The notes beneath the pieces were generated by a model. The model was not told the origin of the DNA. It saw only the letters and a list, made by a program, of their open reading frames with translations, and made no database searches. 64,000 nucleotides of DNA from the NCBI RefSeq assembly GCF_009914755.1, contig NC_060946.1; one strand, 5' to 3'. Shown one piece after another: positions 40,573-54,300 of the stretch; position 1 is the stretch's first letter, and every line of letters starts with the position of its first letter. Made by a program: the position numbers and the translations under genes. The stretch is from the human T2T-CHM13v2.0 reference genome, Homo sapiens.

Positions 40573-43500
40573 TAGAAAGGTTCAACTCTGTTAGCTGCGT
40601 GCATATATCCCAAAGAAGATTCTGAGATTGCTTCTGTCTAGTTTTTATGGGAAGATATTTCCCTTTTCACCGTAGGCGTCAAGGCGCTCCAAATGTCCAC
40701 TTCCAGATACTACAAAAAGAGTGTTTCAAACCTACTCTGTGAAAGGGAATATTCAACTCTGTGACTTGAATGCACATATCACAAAGAAGTTTCTGAGAAT
40801 GCTTCTGTCGAGATTTTATATGAAGATATTCCCGTTTCCAACGAAATCCTGAAATCTATCCAAATATCCCCTCGCAGATTCTACAAAAAGAGTGTTTCAA
40901 AACTGCTCTGTAAAAAGAAAGGTTCAACTCTGTTACTTGAGTACACACATCACAAACAAGTTTCACAGAATGCTTCTTTCTAGCTTGTAGGGGAAGATAT
41001 TCCCTTTATCACCATGGTCTTCAAACCGTCCGAAACGTCCACTTCCATATACTACAAAAAGAGTGTTTCAAACCTGCTCTATGAAAGGCAATGTTCAACT
41101 CTGTGACTTGAATGCAGACATCACAGAGCAGTTTCTGAGAATGCTTCTGTCTAGATTTTATAGGAAGATATTCCCGTTTCCAACGAAATCTTCACAGCTA
41201 TCCAAATATCCACTTGCAGATTCTACAAAAAGAGTGTATCAAAACTGCTCTGTCAAAAGGAAGGTTCTTCTCTGTTAGGTGAGTGCATACGTCATAAAGG
41301 AGTTTCTGAGAATGTTTCTGTCTAGTGGTTATGGGAAGATATTTGCTTTTTCCCCGTAGACCTCAGAGCGCTCCAAATGTCCACTTGCACATGCTACAAA
41401 AAGAGTGCTTCAAAGCTGCTCTCTGAAAGGGAATGTTCAACTCTATGAGTTGAATGTAAACATCACAAAGACGTTTCTGAGAATGCTTCTGTCTAGATTT
41501 GATATGAAGATATTCCCGTTTCCAACGAAATCTTCAAATCTATCCAAATGTCCACTTGCAGATTCAACAAAAAGTGTTTTTCAAAACTGCTGTATCAAAA
41601 GAAAGATCCACGTCTGTTAGCTGAGTTCACACATCACAAACAAGTTTATGAGAATGCTTCTGTCTAGTTTTTATTTGAAGATATTTCCTTTCTCACCATA
41701 GACCTGAAAGCTGTCCTAATGTTCACTTCCAGATACTACAGAAAGAGTGTTTCAAAACTGCTGTACGAAAGGGAATGTTCAACTCTGTGACTTGAATGCA
41801 CACATCACAAAGAAGTTTCTGAGGATGCTGCTGTCTACTTTTTATACGTAATCCCGTTTCCAACGAAATCCTCCAAGCTATCCAAATATCCACTTGCAGA
41901 TTCCACAGAAAGACTGTTTCAAAACTGCTCTGTCAATAGAAAGGTTCAACTCTGTTAGCTGCGTGCATATATCCCAAAGAAGATTTTGAGATTGCTTCTG
42001 TCTAGTTTTTATGGGAAGATATTTCCCTTTTCACCGTAGGTGTCAAGGCTCTCCAAATGTCCACTTCCAGATACTACAAAAAGAGTGTTTCAAACCTACT
42101 CTGTGAAAGGGAATATTCAACTCTGTGACTTTAATGCACATATCACAAAGAAGTTTCTGAGAATGCTTCTGTCGAGATTTTATATGAAGATATTCCCGTT
42201 TCCAAAGAAATCCTGAAATCTATCCAAATATCCCCTCGCAGATTCTACAAAAAGAGTGTTTCAAAACTGCTCTGTAAAAAGAAAGGTTCAACTCTGTTAG
42301 TTGAGTACACACATCACAAACAAGTTTCACAGAATGCTTCTTTCTAGCTTGTAGGGGAAGATATTCCCTTTATCACCATGGGCCTCCAACCGTCCGAAAC
42401 GTCCACTTCCATATACTACAAAAAGAGCGTTTCAAACCTGCTCTAGGAAAGGCAATGTTCAACTCTGTGACTTGAATGCAGACATCACAGAGCAGTTTCT
42501 GAGAATGCTTCTGTCTAGATTTTATAGGAAGATATTCCCGTTTCCAACGAAATCTTCACAGCTATCCAAATATCCACTTGCAGATTCTACAAAAAGAGTG
42601 TATCAAAACTGCTCTGTCAAAAGGAAGGTTCTTCTCTGTTAGGTGAGTGCATACGTCATAAAGGAGTTTCTGAGAATGTTTCTGTCTAGTGGTTATGGGA
42701 AGATATTTGCTTTTTCACCGTAGGCCTCAGAGCGCTCCAAATATCCACTTGCACATACTACAAAAAGAGTGCCTCAAAGCTGCTCTCTGAAACGGAATGT
42801 TCAACTCTATGAGTTGAATGCAAACATCACAAAGACGTTTCTGAGAATGCTTCTGTCTAGATTTGATATGAAGATATTCCCGTTTCCAACGAAATCTTCA
42901 AATCTATCCAAATGTCCACTTGCAGATTCAACAAAAAGTGTTTTTCAGAACTGCTCTATCAAAAGAAAGATCCACCTCTGTTAGCTGAGTTCAGACATCA
43001 CAAACAAGTTTATGAGAATGCTTCTGTCTAGTTTTTATTTGAAGATATTTCCTTTCTCACCATAGACCTGAAAGCTGTCCTAATGTTCACTTCCAGATAC
43101 TACAGAAAGAGTGTTTAAAAACTGCTGTACGAAAGGGAATGGTCAACTCTGTGACTTGAATGCACACATCACAAAGAAGTTTCTGAGGATGCTGCTGTCT
43201 ACTTTTTATACGTAATCCCGTTTCCAACGAAATCCTCCAAGCTATCCAAATATCCACTTGCAGATTCCACAGAAAGACTGTTTCAAAACTGCTCTGTCAA
43301 TAGAAAGGTTCAACTCTGTTAGCTGCGTGCATATATCCCAAAGAAGATTCTGAGATTGCTTCTGTCTAGTTTTTATGGGAAGATATTTCCCTTTTCACCG
43401 TAGGCGTCAAGGCGCTCCAAATGTCCACTTCCAGATACTACAAAAAGAGTGTTTCAAACCTACTCTGTGAAAGGGAATATTCAACTCTGTGACTTGAATG

Positions 43501-46500
43501 CAGATATCACAAAGAAGTTTCTGAGAATGCTTCTGTCGAGATTTTATATGAAGATATTCCCGTTTCCAACGAAATCCTGAAATCTATCCAAATATCCCCT
43601 CGCAGATTCTACAAAAAGAGTGTTTCAAAACTGTTCTGTAAAAAGAAAGGTTCAACTCTGTTAGTTGAGTACACACATCACAAACAAGTATCACAGAATG
43701 CTTCTTTCTAGTTTGTAGGGAAAGATATTCCCTTTATCACCATGGGCCTCAAACCGTCCGAAACGTCCACTTCCATATACTTCAAAAAGAGCGTTTCAAA
43801 CCTGCTCTATGAAAGGCAATGTTCAACTCTGTGACTTGAATGCAGACATCACAGAGCTGTTTCTGAGAATGCTTCTGTCTAGATTTTATAGGATGATATT
43901 CCCGTTTCCAACGAAATCTTCACAGCTATCCAAATATCCACTTGCAGATTCTACAAAAAGAGTGTATCCAACCTCTCTGGCAAAAGGAAGGTTCTTCTCT
44001 GTTAGGTGAGTGCATACGTCATAAAGGAGTTTCTGAGAATGTTTCTGTCTAGTGGTTATGGGAAGATATTTGCTTTTTCACCGTAGGCCTCAGAGCGCTC
44101 CAAATATCCACTTGCACATACTACAAAAAGAGTGCCTCAAAGCTGCTCTCTGAAATGGAATGTTCAACTCTATGAGTTGAATGCAAACATCACAAAGACG
44201 TTTCTGAGAATGCTTCTGTCTAGATTTGATATGAAGATATTCCCGTTTCCAACGAAATCTTCAAATCTATCCAAATGTCCACTTGCAGATTCAACAAAAA
44301 GTGTTTTTCAGAACTGCTCTATCAAAAGAAAGATCCACCTCTGTTAGCTGAGTTCACACATCCAAACAAGTTTATGAGAATGCTTCTGTCTAGTTTTTAT
44401 TTGAAGATATTTCCTTTCTCACCATAGACCTGAAAGCTGTCCTAATGTTCACTTCCAGATACCACAGAAAGAGTGTTTAAAAACTGCTGTACGAAAGGGA
44501 ATGTTCAACTCTGTGACTTGAATGCACACATCACAAAGAAGTTTCTGAGGATGCTGCTGTCTACTTTTTATACGTAATCCCGTTTCCAACGAAATCCTCC
44601 AAGCTATCCAAATATCCACTTGCAGATTCCACAGAAAGACTGTTTCAAAACTGCTCTGTCAATAGAAAGGTTCAACTCTGTTAGCTGCGTGCATATATCC
44701 CAAAGAAGATTCTGAGATTGCTTCTGTCTAGTTTTTATGGGAAGATATTTCCCTTTTCACCGTAGGCGTCAAGGCGCTCCAAATGTCCACTTCCAGATAC
44801 TACAAAAAGAGTGTTTCAAACCTACTCTGTGAAAGGGAATATTCAACTCTGTGACTTGAATGCACATATCACAAAGAAGTTTCTGAGAATGCTTCTGTCG
44901 AGATTTTATATGAAGATATTCCCGTTTCCAACGAAATCCTGAAATCTATCCAAGTATCCCCTCGCAGATTCTACAAAAAGAGTGTTTCAAAACTGCTCTG
45001 TAAAAAGAAAGGTTCAACTCTGTTAGTTGAGTACACACATCACAAACAAGTTTCACAGAATGCTTCTTTCTAGCTTGTAGGGGAAGATATTCCCTTTATC
45101 ACCATGGGCCTCCAACCGTCCGAAACGTCCACTTCCATATACTACAAAAAGAGCGTTTCAAACCTGCTCTATGAAAGGCAATGTTCAACTCTGTGACTTG
45201 AATGCAGACATCACAGAGCAGTTTCTGAGAATGCTTCTGTCTAGATTTTATAGGAAGATATTCCCGTTTCCAACGAAATCTTCACAGCTATCCAAATATC
45301 CACTTGCAGATTCTACAAAAAGAGTGTATCAAAACTGCTCTGTCAAAAGGAAGGTTCTTCTCTGTTAGGTGAGTGCATACGTCATAAAGGAGTTTCTGAG
45401 AATGTTTCTGTCTAGTGGTTATGGGAAGATATTTGCTTTTTCACCGTAGGCCTCAGAGCGCTCCAAATATCCACTTGCACATACTACAAAAAGAGTGCCT
45501 CAAAGCTGCTCTCTGAAACGGAATGTTCAACTCTATGAGTTGAATGCAAACATCACAAAGACGTTTCTGAGAATGCTTCTGTCTAGATTTGATATGAAGA
45601 TATTCCCGTTTCCAACGAAATCTTCAAATCTATCCAAATGTCCACTTGCAGATTCAACAAAAAGTGTTTTTCAGAACTGCTCTATCAAAAGAAAGATCCA
45701 CCTCTGTTAGCTGAGTTCACACATCACAAACAAGTTTATGAGAATGCTTCTGTCTAGTTTTTATTTGAAGATATTTCCTTTCTCACCATAGACCTGAAAG
45801 CTGTCCTAATGTTCACTTCCAGATACTACAGAAAGAGTGTTTCAAAACTGCTGTACGAAAGGGAATGTTCAACTCTGTGACTTGAATGCACACATCACAA
45901 AGAAGTTTCTGAGGATGCTGCTGTCTACTTTTTATAAGTAATCCCGTTTCCAACGAAATCCTCCAAGCTATCCAAATATCCACTTGCAGATTCCACAGAA
46001 AGACTGTTTCAAAACTGCTCTGTCAATAGAAAGGTTCAACTCTGTTAGCTGCGTGCATATATCCCAAAGAAGATTCTGAGATTGCTTCTGTCTAGTTTTT
46101 ATGGGAAGATATTTCCCTTTTCACCGTAGGCGTCAAGGCGCTCCAAATGTCCACTTCCAGATACTACAAAAAGAGTGTTTCAAACCTACTCTGTGAAAGC
46201 GAATATTCAACTCTGTGACTTGAATGCACATATCACAAAGAAGTTTCTGAGAATGCTTCTGTCGAGATTTTATATGAAGATATTCCCGTTTCCAACGAAA
46301 TCCTGAAATCTATCCAAATATCCCCTCGCAGATTCTACAAAAAGAGTGTTTCAAAACTGCTCTGTAAAAAGAAAGGTTCAACTCTGTTACTTGAGTACAC
46401 ACATCACAAACAAGTTTCACAGAATGCTTCTTTCTAGCTTGTAGGGGAAGATATTCCCTTTATCACCATGGTCTTCAAACCGTCCGAAACGTCCACTTCC

Positions 46501-49500
46501 ATATACTACAAAAAGAGTGTTTCAAACCTGCTCTATGAAAGGCAATGTTCAACTCTGTGACTTGAATGCAGACATCACAGAGCAGTTTCTGAGAATGCTT
46601 CTGTCTAGATTTTATAGGAAGATATTCCCGTTTCCAACGAAATCTTCACAGCTATCCAAATATCCACTTGCAGATTCTACAAAAAGAGTGTATCAAAACT
46701 GCTCTGTCAAAAGGAAGGTTCTTCTCTGTTAGGTGAGTGCATACGTCATAAAGGAGTTTCTGAGAATGTTTCTGTCTAGTGGTTATGGGAAGATATTTGC
46801 TTTTTCCCCGTAGACCTCAGAGCGCTCCAAATGTCCACTTGCACATGCTACAAAAAGAGTGCTTCAAAGCTGCTCTCTGAAAGGGAATGTTCAACTCTAT
46901 GAGTTGAATGTAAACATCACAAAGACGTTTCTGAGAATGCTTCTGTCTAGATTTGATATGAAGATATTCCCGTTTCCAACGAAATCTTCAAATCTATCCA
47001 AATGTCCACTTGCAGATTCAACAAAAAGTGTTTTTCAAAACTGCTGTATCAAAAGAAAGATCCACGTCTGTTAGCTGAGTTCACACATCACAAACAAGTT
47101 TATGAGAATGCTTCTGTCTAGTTTTTATTTGAAGATATTTCCTTTCTCACCATAGACCTGAAAGCTGTCCTAATGTTCACTTCCAGATACTACAGAAAGA
47201 GTGTTTAAAAACTGCTGTACGAAAGGGAATGTTCAACTCTGTGACTTGAATGCACACATCACAAAGAAGTTTCTGAGGATGCTGCTGTCTACTTTTTATA
47301 CGTAATCCCGTTTCCAACGAAATCCTCCAAGCTATCCAAATATCCACTTGCAGATTCCACAGAAAGACTGTTTCAAAACTGCTCTGTCAATAGAAAGGTT
47401 CAACTCTGTTAGCTGCGTGCATATATCCCAAAGAAGATTTTGAGATTGCTTCTGTCTAGTTTTTATGGGAAGATATTTCCCTTTTCACCGTAGGTGTCAA
47501 GGCTCTCCAAATGTCCACTTCCAGATACTACAAAAAGAGTGTTTCAAACCTACTCTGTGAAAGGGAATATTCAACTCTGTGACTTTAATGCACATATCAC
47601 AAAGAAGTTTCTGAGAATGCTTCTGTCGAGATTTTATATGAAGATATTCCCGTTTCCAAAGAAATCCTGAAATCTATCCAAATATCCCCTCGCAGATTCT
47701 ACAAAAAGAGTGTTTCAAAACTGCTCTGTAAAAAGAAAGGTTCAACTCTGTTAGTTGAGTACACACATCACAAACAAGTTTCACAGAATGCTTCTTTCTA
47801 GCTTGTAGGGGAAGATATTCCCTTTATCACCATGGGCCTCCAACCGTCCGAAACGTCCACTTCCATATACTACAAAAAGAGCGTTTCAAACCTGCTCTAG
47901 GAAAGGCAATGTTCAACTCTGTGACTTGAATGCAGACATCACAGAGCAGTTTCTGAGAATGCTTCTGTCTAGATTTTATAGGAAGATATTCCCGTTTCCA
48001 ACGAAATCTTCACAGCTATCCAAATATCCACTTGCAGATTCTACAAAAAGAGTGTATCAAAACTGCTCTGTCAAAAGGAAGGTTCTTCTCTGTTAGGTGA
48101 GTGCATACGTCATAAAGGAGTTTCTGAGAATGTTTCTGTCTAGTGGTTATGGGAAGATATTTGCTTTTTCACCGTAGGCCTCAGAGCGCTCCAAATATCC
48201 ACTTGCACATACTACAAAAAGAGTGCCTCAAAGCTGCTCTTTGAAACGGAATGTTCAACTCTATGAGTTGAATGCAAACATCACAAAGACGTTTCTGAGA
48301 ATGCTTCTGTCTAGATTTGATATGAAGATATTCCCGTTTCCAACGAAATCTTCAAATCTATCCAAATGTCCACTTGCAGATTCAACAAAAAGTGTTTTTC
48401 AGAACTGCTGTATCAAAAGAAAGATCCACCTCTGTTAGCTGAGTTCACACATCACAAACAAGTTTATGAGAATGCTTCTGTCTAGTTTTTATTTGAAGAT
48501 ATTTCCTTTCTCACCATAGACCTGAAAGCTGTCCTAATGTTCACTTCCAGATACTACAGAAAGAGTGTTTCAAAACTGCTGTACGAAAGGGAATGTTCAA
48601 CTCTGTGACTTGAATGCACACATCACAAAGAAGTTTCTGAGGATGCTGCTGTCTACTTTTTATACGTAATCCCGTTTCCAACGAAATCCTCCAAGCTATC
48701 CAAATATCCACTTGCAGATTCCACAGAAAGACTGTTTCAAAACTGCTCTGTCAATAGAAAGGTTCAACTCTGTTAGCTGCGTGCATATATCCCAAAGAAG
48801 ATTCTGAGATTGCTTCTGTCTAGTTTTTATGGGAAGATATTTCCCTTTTCACCGTAGGCGTCAAGGCGCTCCAAATGTCCACTTCCAGATACTACAAAAA
48901 GAGTGTTTCAAACCTACTCTGTGAAAGGGAATATTCAACTCTGTGACTTGAATGCAGATATCACAAAGAAGTTTCTGAGAATGCTTCTGTCGAGATTTTA
49001 TATGAAGATATTCCCGTTTCCAACGAAATCCTGAAATCTATCCAAATATCCCCTCGCAGATTCTACAAAAAGAGTGTTTCAAAACTGTTCTGTAAAAAGA
49101 AAGGTTCAACTCTGTTAGTTGAGTACACACATCACAAACAAGTATCACAGAATGCTTCTTTCTAGTTTGTAGGGGAAGATATTCCCTTTATCACCATGGG
49201 CCTCAAACCGTCCGAAACGTCCACTTCCATATACTTCAAAAAGAGCGTTTCAAACCTGCTCTATGAAAGGCAATGTTCAACTCTGTGACTTGAATGCAGA
49301 CATCACAGAGCTGTTTCTGAGAATGCTTCTGTCTAGATTTTATAGGATGATATTCCCGTTTCCAACGAAATCTTCACAGCTATCCAAATATCCACTTGCA
49401 GATTCTACAAAAAGAGTGTATCCAAACTGCTCTGGCAAAAGGAAGGTTCTTCTCTGTTAGGTGAGTGCATACGTCATAAAGGAGTTTCTGAGAATGTTTC

Positions 49501-51390
49501 TGTCTAGTGGTTATGGGAAGATATTTGCTTTTTCACCGTAGGCCTCAGAGCGCTCCAAATATCCACTTGCACATACTACAAAAAGAGTGCCTCAAAGCTG
49601 CTCTCTGAAATGGAATGTTCAACTCTATGAGTTGAATGCAAACATCACAAAGACGTTTCTGAGAATGCTTCTGTCTAGATTTGATATGAAGATATTCCCG
49701 TTTCCAACGAAATCTTCAAATCTATCCAAATGTCCACTTGCAGATTCAACAAAAAGTGTTTTTCAGAACTGCTCTATCAAAAGAAAGATCCACCTCTGTT
49801 AGCTGAGTTCACACATCCAAACAAGTTTATGAGAATGCTTCTGTCTAGTTTTTATTTGAAGATATTTCCTTTCTCACCATAGACCTGAAAGCTGTCCTAA
49901 TGTTCACTTCCAGATACCACAGAAAGAGTGTTTAAAAACTGCTGTACGAAAGGGAATGTTCAACTCTGTGACTTGAATGCACACATCACAAAGAAGTTTC
50001 TGAGGATGCTGCTGTCTACTTTTTATACGTAATCCCGTTTCCAACGAAATCCTCCAAGCTATCCAAATATCCACTTGCAGATTCCACAGAAAGACTGTTT
50101 CAAAACTGCTCTGTCAATAGAAAGGTTCAACTCTGTTAGCTGCGTGCATATATCCCAAAGAAGATTCTGAGATTGCTTCTGTCTAGTTTTTATGGGAAGA
50201 TATTTCCATTTTCACCGTAGGTGTCAAGGCGCTCCAAATGTCCACTTCCAGATACTACAAAAAGAGTGTTTCAAACCTACTCTGTGAAAGGGAATATTCA
50301 ACTCTGTGACTTGAATGCACATATCACAAAGAAGTTTCTGAGAATGCTTCTGTCGAGATTTTATATGAAGATATTCCCGTTTCCAAAGAAATCCTGAAAT
50401 CTATCCAAATATCCCCTCGCAGATTCGACAAAAAGAGTGTTTCAAAACTGCTCTGTAAAAAGAAAGGTTCAACTCTGTTAGTTGAGTACACACATCACAA
50501 ACAAGTTTCACAGAATGCTTCTTTCTAGCTTGTAGGGGAAGATATTCCCTTTATCACCATGGGCCTCCAACCGTCCGAAACGTCCACTTCCATATACTAC
50601 AAAAAGAGCGTTTCAAACCTGCTCTATGAAAGGCAATGTTCAACTCTGTGACTTGAATGCAGACATCACAGAGCAGTTTCTGAGAATGCTTCTGTCTAGA
50701 TTTTATAGGAAGATATTCCCGTTTCCAACGAAATCTTCACAGCTATCCAAATATCCACTTGCAGATTCTACAAAAAGAGTGTATCAAAACTGCTCTGTCA
50801 AAAGGAAGGTTCTTCTCTGTTAGGTGAGTGCATACGTCATAAAGGAGTTTCTGAGAATGTTTCTGTCTAGTGGTTATGGGAAGATATTTGCTTTTTCACC
50901 GTAGGCCTCAGAGCGCTCCAAATATCCACTTGCACATACTACAAAAAGAGTGCCTCAAAGCTGCTCTTTGAAACGGAATGTTCAACTCTATGAGTTGAAT
51001 GCAAACATCACAAAGACGTTTCTGAGAATGCTTCTGTCTAGATTTGATATGAAGATATTCCCGTTTCCAACGAAATCTTCAAATCTATCCAAATGTCCAC
51101 TTGCAGATTCAACAAAAAGTGTTTTTCAGAACTGCTCTATCAAAAGAAAGATCCACCTCTGTTAGCTGAGTTCACACATCACAAACAAGTTTATGAGAAT
51201 GCTTCTGTCTAGTTTTTATTTGAAGATATTTCCTTTCTCACCATAGACCTGAAAGCTGTCCTAATGTTCACTTCCAGATACTACAGAAAGAGTGTTTCAA
51301 AACTGCTGTACGAAAGGGAATGTTCAACTCTGTGACTTGAATGCACACATCACAAAGAAGTTTCTGAGGATGCTGCTGTCTACTTTTTAT
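40480..51390. repeat. Tandem duplication of a four-HOR block (offset 5,454-5,455 bp)
   Basis: Shared TATAAGTAAT (40481/45935), GACTTTAATG (~42130/~47584), GAAATGGAA (~44155/~49610), 1-bp deletion CATCCAAAC (~44362/~49817) and GATACCAC (~44463/~49918). ORF barcodes 41063/46517, 43809/49263, 44132/49587. Confidence 0.9.
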
Positions 51391-54300
51391 ACGTAATCCC
51401 GTTTCCAACGAAATCCTCCAAGCTATCCAAATATCCACTTGCAGATTCCACAGAAAGACTGTTTCAAAACTGCTCTGTCAATAGAAAGGTTCAACTCTGT
51501 TAGCTGCGTGCATATATCCCAAAGAAGATTCTGAGATTGCTTCTGTCTAGTTTTTATGGGAAGATATTTCCCTTTTCACCGTAGGCGTCAAGGCGCTCCA
51601 AATGTCCACTTCCAGATACTACAAAAAGAGTGTTTCAAACCTACTCTGTGAAAGGGAATATTCAACTCTGTGACTTGAATGCAGATATCACAAAGAAGTT
51701 TCTGAGAATGCTTCTGTCGAGATTTTATATGAAGATATTCCCGTTTCCAACGAAATCCTGAAATCTATCCAAATATCCCCTCGCAGATTCTACAAAAAGA
51801 GTGTTTCAAAACTGCTCTGTAAAAAGAAAGGTTCAACTCTGTTACTTGAGTACACACATCACAAACAAGTTTCACAGAATGCTTCTTTCTAGCTTGTAGG
51901 GGAAGATATTCCCTTTATCACCATGGTCTTCAAACCGTCCGAAACGTCCACTTCCATATACTACAAAAAGAGTGTTTCAAACCTGCTCTATGAAAGGCAA
52001 TGTTCAACTCTGTGACTTGAATGCAGACATCACAGAGCAGTTTCTGAGAATGCTTCTGTCTAGATTTTATAGGAAGATATTCCCGTTTCCAACGAAATCT
52101 TCACAGCTATCCAAATATCCACTTGCAGATTCTACAAAAAGAGTGTATCAAAACTGCTCTGTCAAAAGGAAGGTTCTTCTCTGTTAGGTGAGTGCATACG
52201 TCATAAAGGAGTTTCTGAGAATGTTTCTGTCTAGTGGTTATGGGAAGATATTTGCTTTTTCCCCATAGACCTCAGAGCGCTCCAAATGTCCACTTGCACA
52301 TGCTACAAAAAGAGTGCTTCAAAGCTGCTCTCTGAAAGGGAATGTTCAACTCTATGAGTTGAATGTAAACATCACAAAGACGTTTCTGAGAATGCTTCTG
52401 TCTAGATTTGATATGAAGATATTCCCGTTTCCAACGAAATCTTCAAATCTATCCAAATGTCCACTTGCAGATTCAACAAAAAGTGTTTTTCAAAACTGCT
52501 GTATCAAAAGAAAGATCCACGTCTGTTAGCTGAGTTCACACATCACAAACAAGTTTATGAGAATGCTTCTGTCTAGTTTTTATTTGAAGATATTTCCTTT
52601 CTCACCATAGACCTGAAAGCTGTCCTAATGTTCACTTCCAGATACTACAGAAAGAGTGTTTCAAAACTGCTGTACGAAAGGGAATGTTCAACTCTGTGAC
52701 TTGAATGCACACATCACAAAGAAGTTTCTGAGGATGCTGCTGTCTACTTTTTATACGTAATCCCGTTTCCAACGAAATCCTCCAAGCTATCCAAATATCC
52801 ACTTGCAGATTCCACAGAAAGACTGTTTCAAAACTGCTCTGTCAATAGAAAGGTTCAACTCTGTTAGCTGCGTGCATATATCCCAAAGAAGATTTTGAGA
52901 TTGCTTCTGTCTAGTTTTTATGGGAAGATATTTCCCTTTTCGCCGTAGGTGTCAAGGCTCTCCAAATGACCACTTCCAGATACTACAAAAAGAGTGTTTC
53001 AAACCTACTCTGTGAAAGGGAATATTCAACTCTGTGACTTGAATGCACATATCACAAAGAAGTTTCTGAGAATGCTTCTGTCGAGATTTTATATGAAGAT
53101 ATTCCCGTTTCCAACGAAATCCTGAAATCTATCCAAATATCCCCTCGCAGATTCGACAAAAAGAGTGTTTCAAAACTGCTCTGTAAAAAGAAAGGTTCAA
53201 CTCTGTTAGTTGAGTACACACATCACAAACAAGTTTCACAGAATGCTTCTTTCTAGCTTGTAGGGGAAGATATTCCCTTTATCACCATGGGCCTCCAACC
53301 GTCCGAAACATCCACTTCCATATACTACAAAAAGAGCGTTTCAAACCTGCTCTATGAAAGGCAATGTTCAACTCTGTGACTTGAATGCAGACATCACAGA
53401 GCAGTTTCTGAGAATGCTTCTGTCTAGATTTTATAGGAAGATATTCCCGTTTCCAACGAAATCTTCACAGCTATCCAAATATCCACTTGCAGATTCTACA
53501 AAAAGAGTGTATCAAAACTGCTCTGTCAAAAGGAAGGTTCTTCTCTGTTAGGTGAGTGCATACGTCATAAAGGAGTTTCTGAGAATGTTTCTGTCTAGTG
53601 GTTATGGGAAGATATTTGCTTTTTCACCGTAGGCCTCAGAGCGCTCCAAATATCCACTTGCACATACTACAAAAAGAGTGCCTCAAAGCTGCTCTCTGAA
53701 ACGGAATGTTCAACTCTATGAGTTGAATGCAAACATCACAAAGACGTTTCTGAGAATGCTTCTGTCTAGATTTGATATGAAGATATTCCCGTTTCCAACG
53801 AAATCTTCAAATCTATCCAAATGTCCACTTGCAGATTCAACAAAAAGTGTTTTTCAGAACTGCTCTATCAAAAGAAAGATCCACCTCTGTTAGCTGAGTT
53901 CACACATCACAAACAAGTTTATGAGAATGCTTCTGTCTAGTTTTTATTTGAAGATATTTCCTTTCTCACCATAGACCTGAAAGCTGTCCTAATGTTCACT
54001 TCCAGATACTACAGAAAGAGTGTTTCAAAACTGCTGTATGAAAGGGAATGTTCAACTCTGTGACTTGAATGCACACATCACAAAGAAGTTTCTGAGGATG
54101 CTGCTGTCTACTTTTTATACGTAATCCCGTTTCCAACGAAATCCTCCAAGCTATCCAAATATCCACTTGCAGATTCCACAGAAAGACTGTTTCAAAACTG
54201 CTCTGTCAATAGAAAGGTTCAACTCTGTTAGCTGCGTGCATATATCCCAAAGAAGATTCTGAGATTCCTTCTGTCTAGTTTTTATGGGAAGATATTTCCC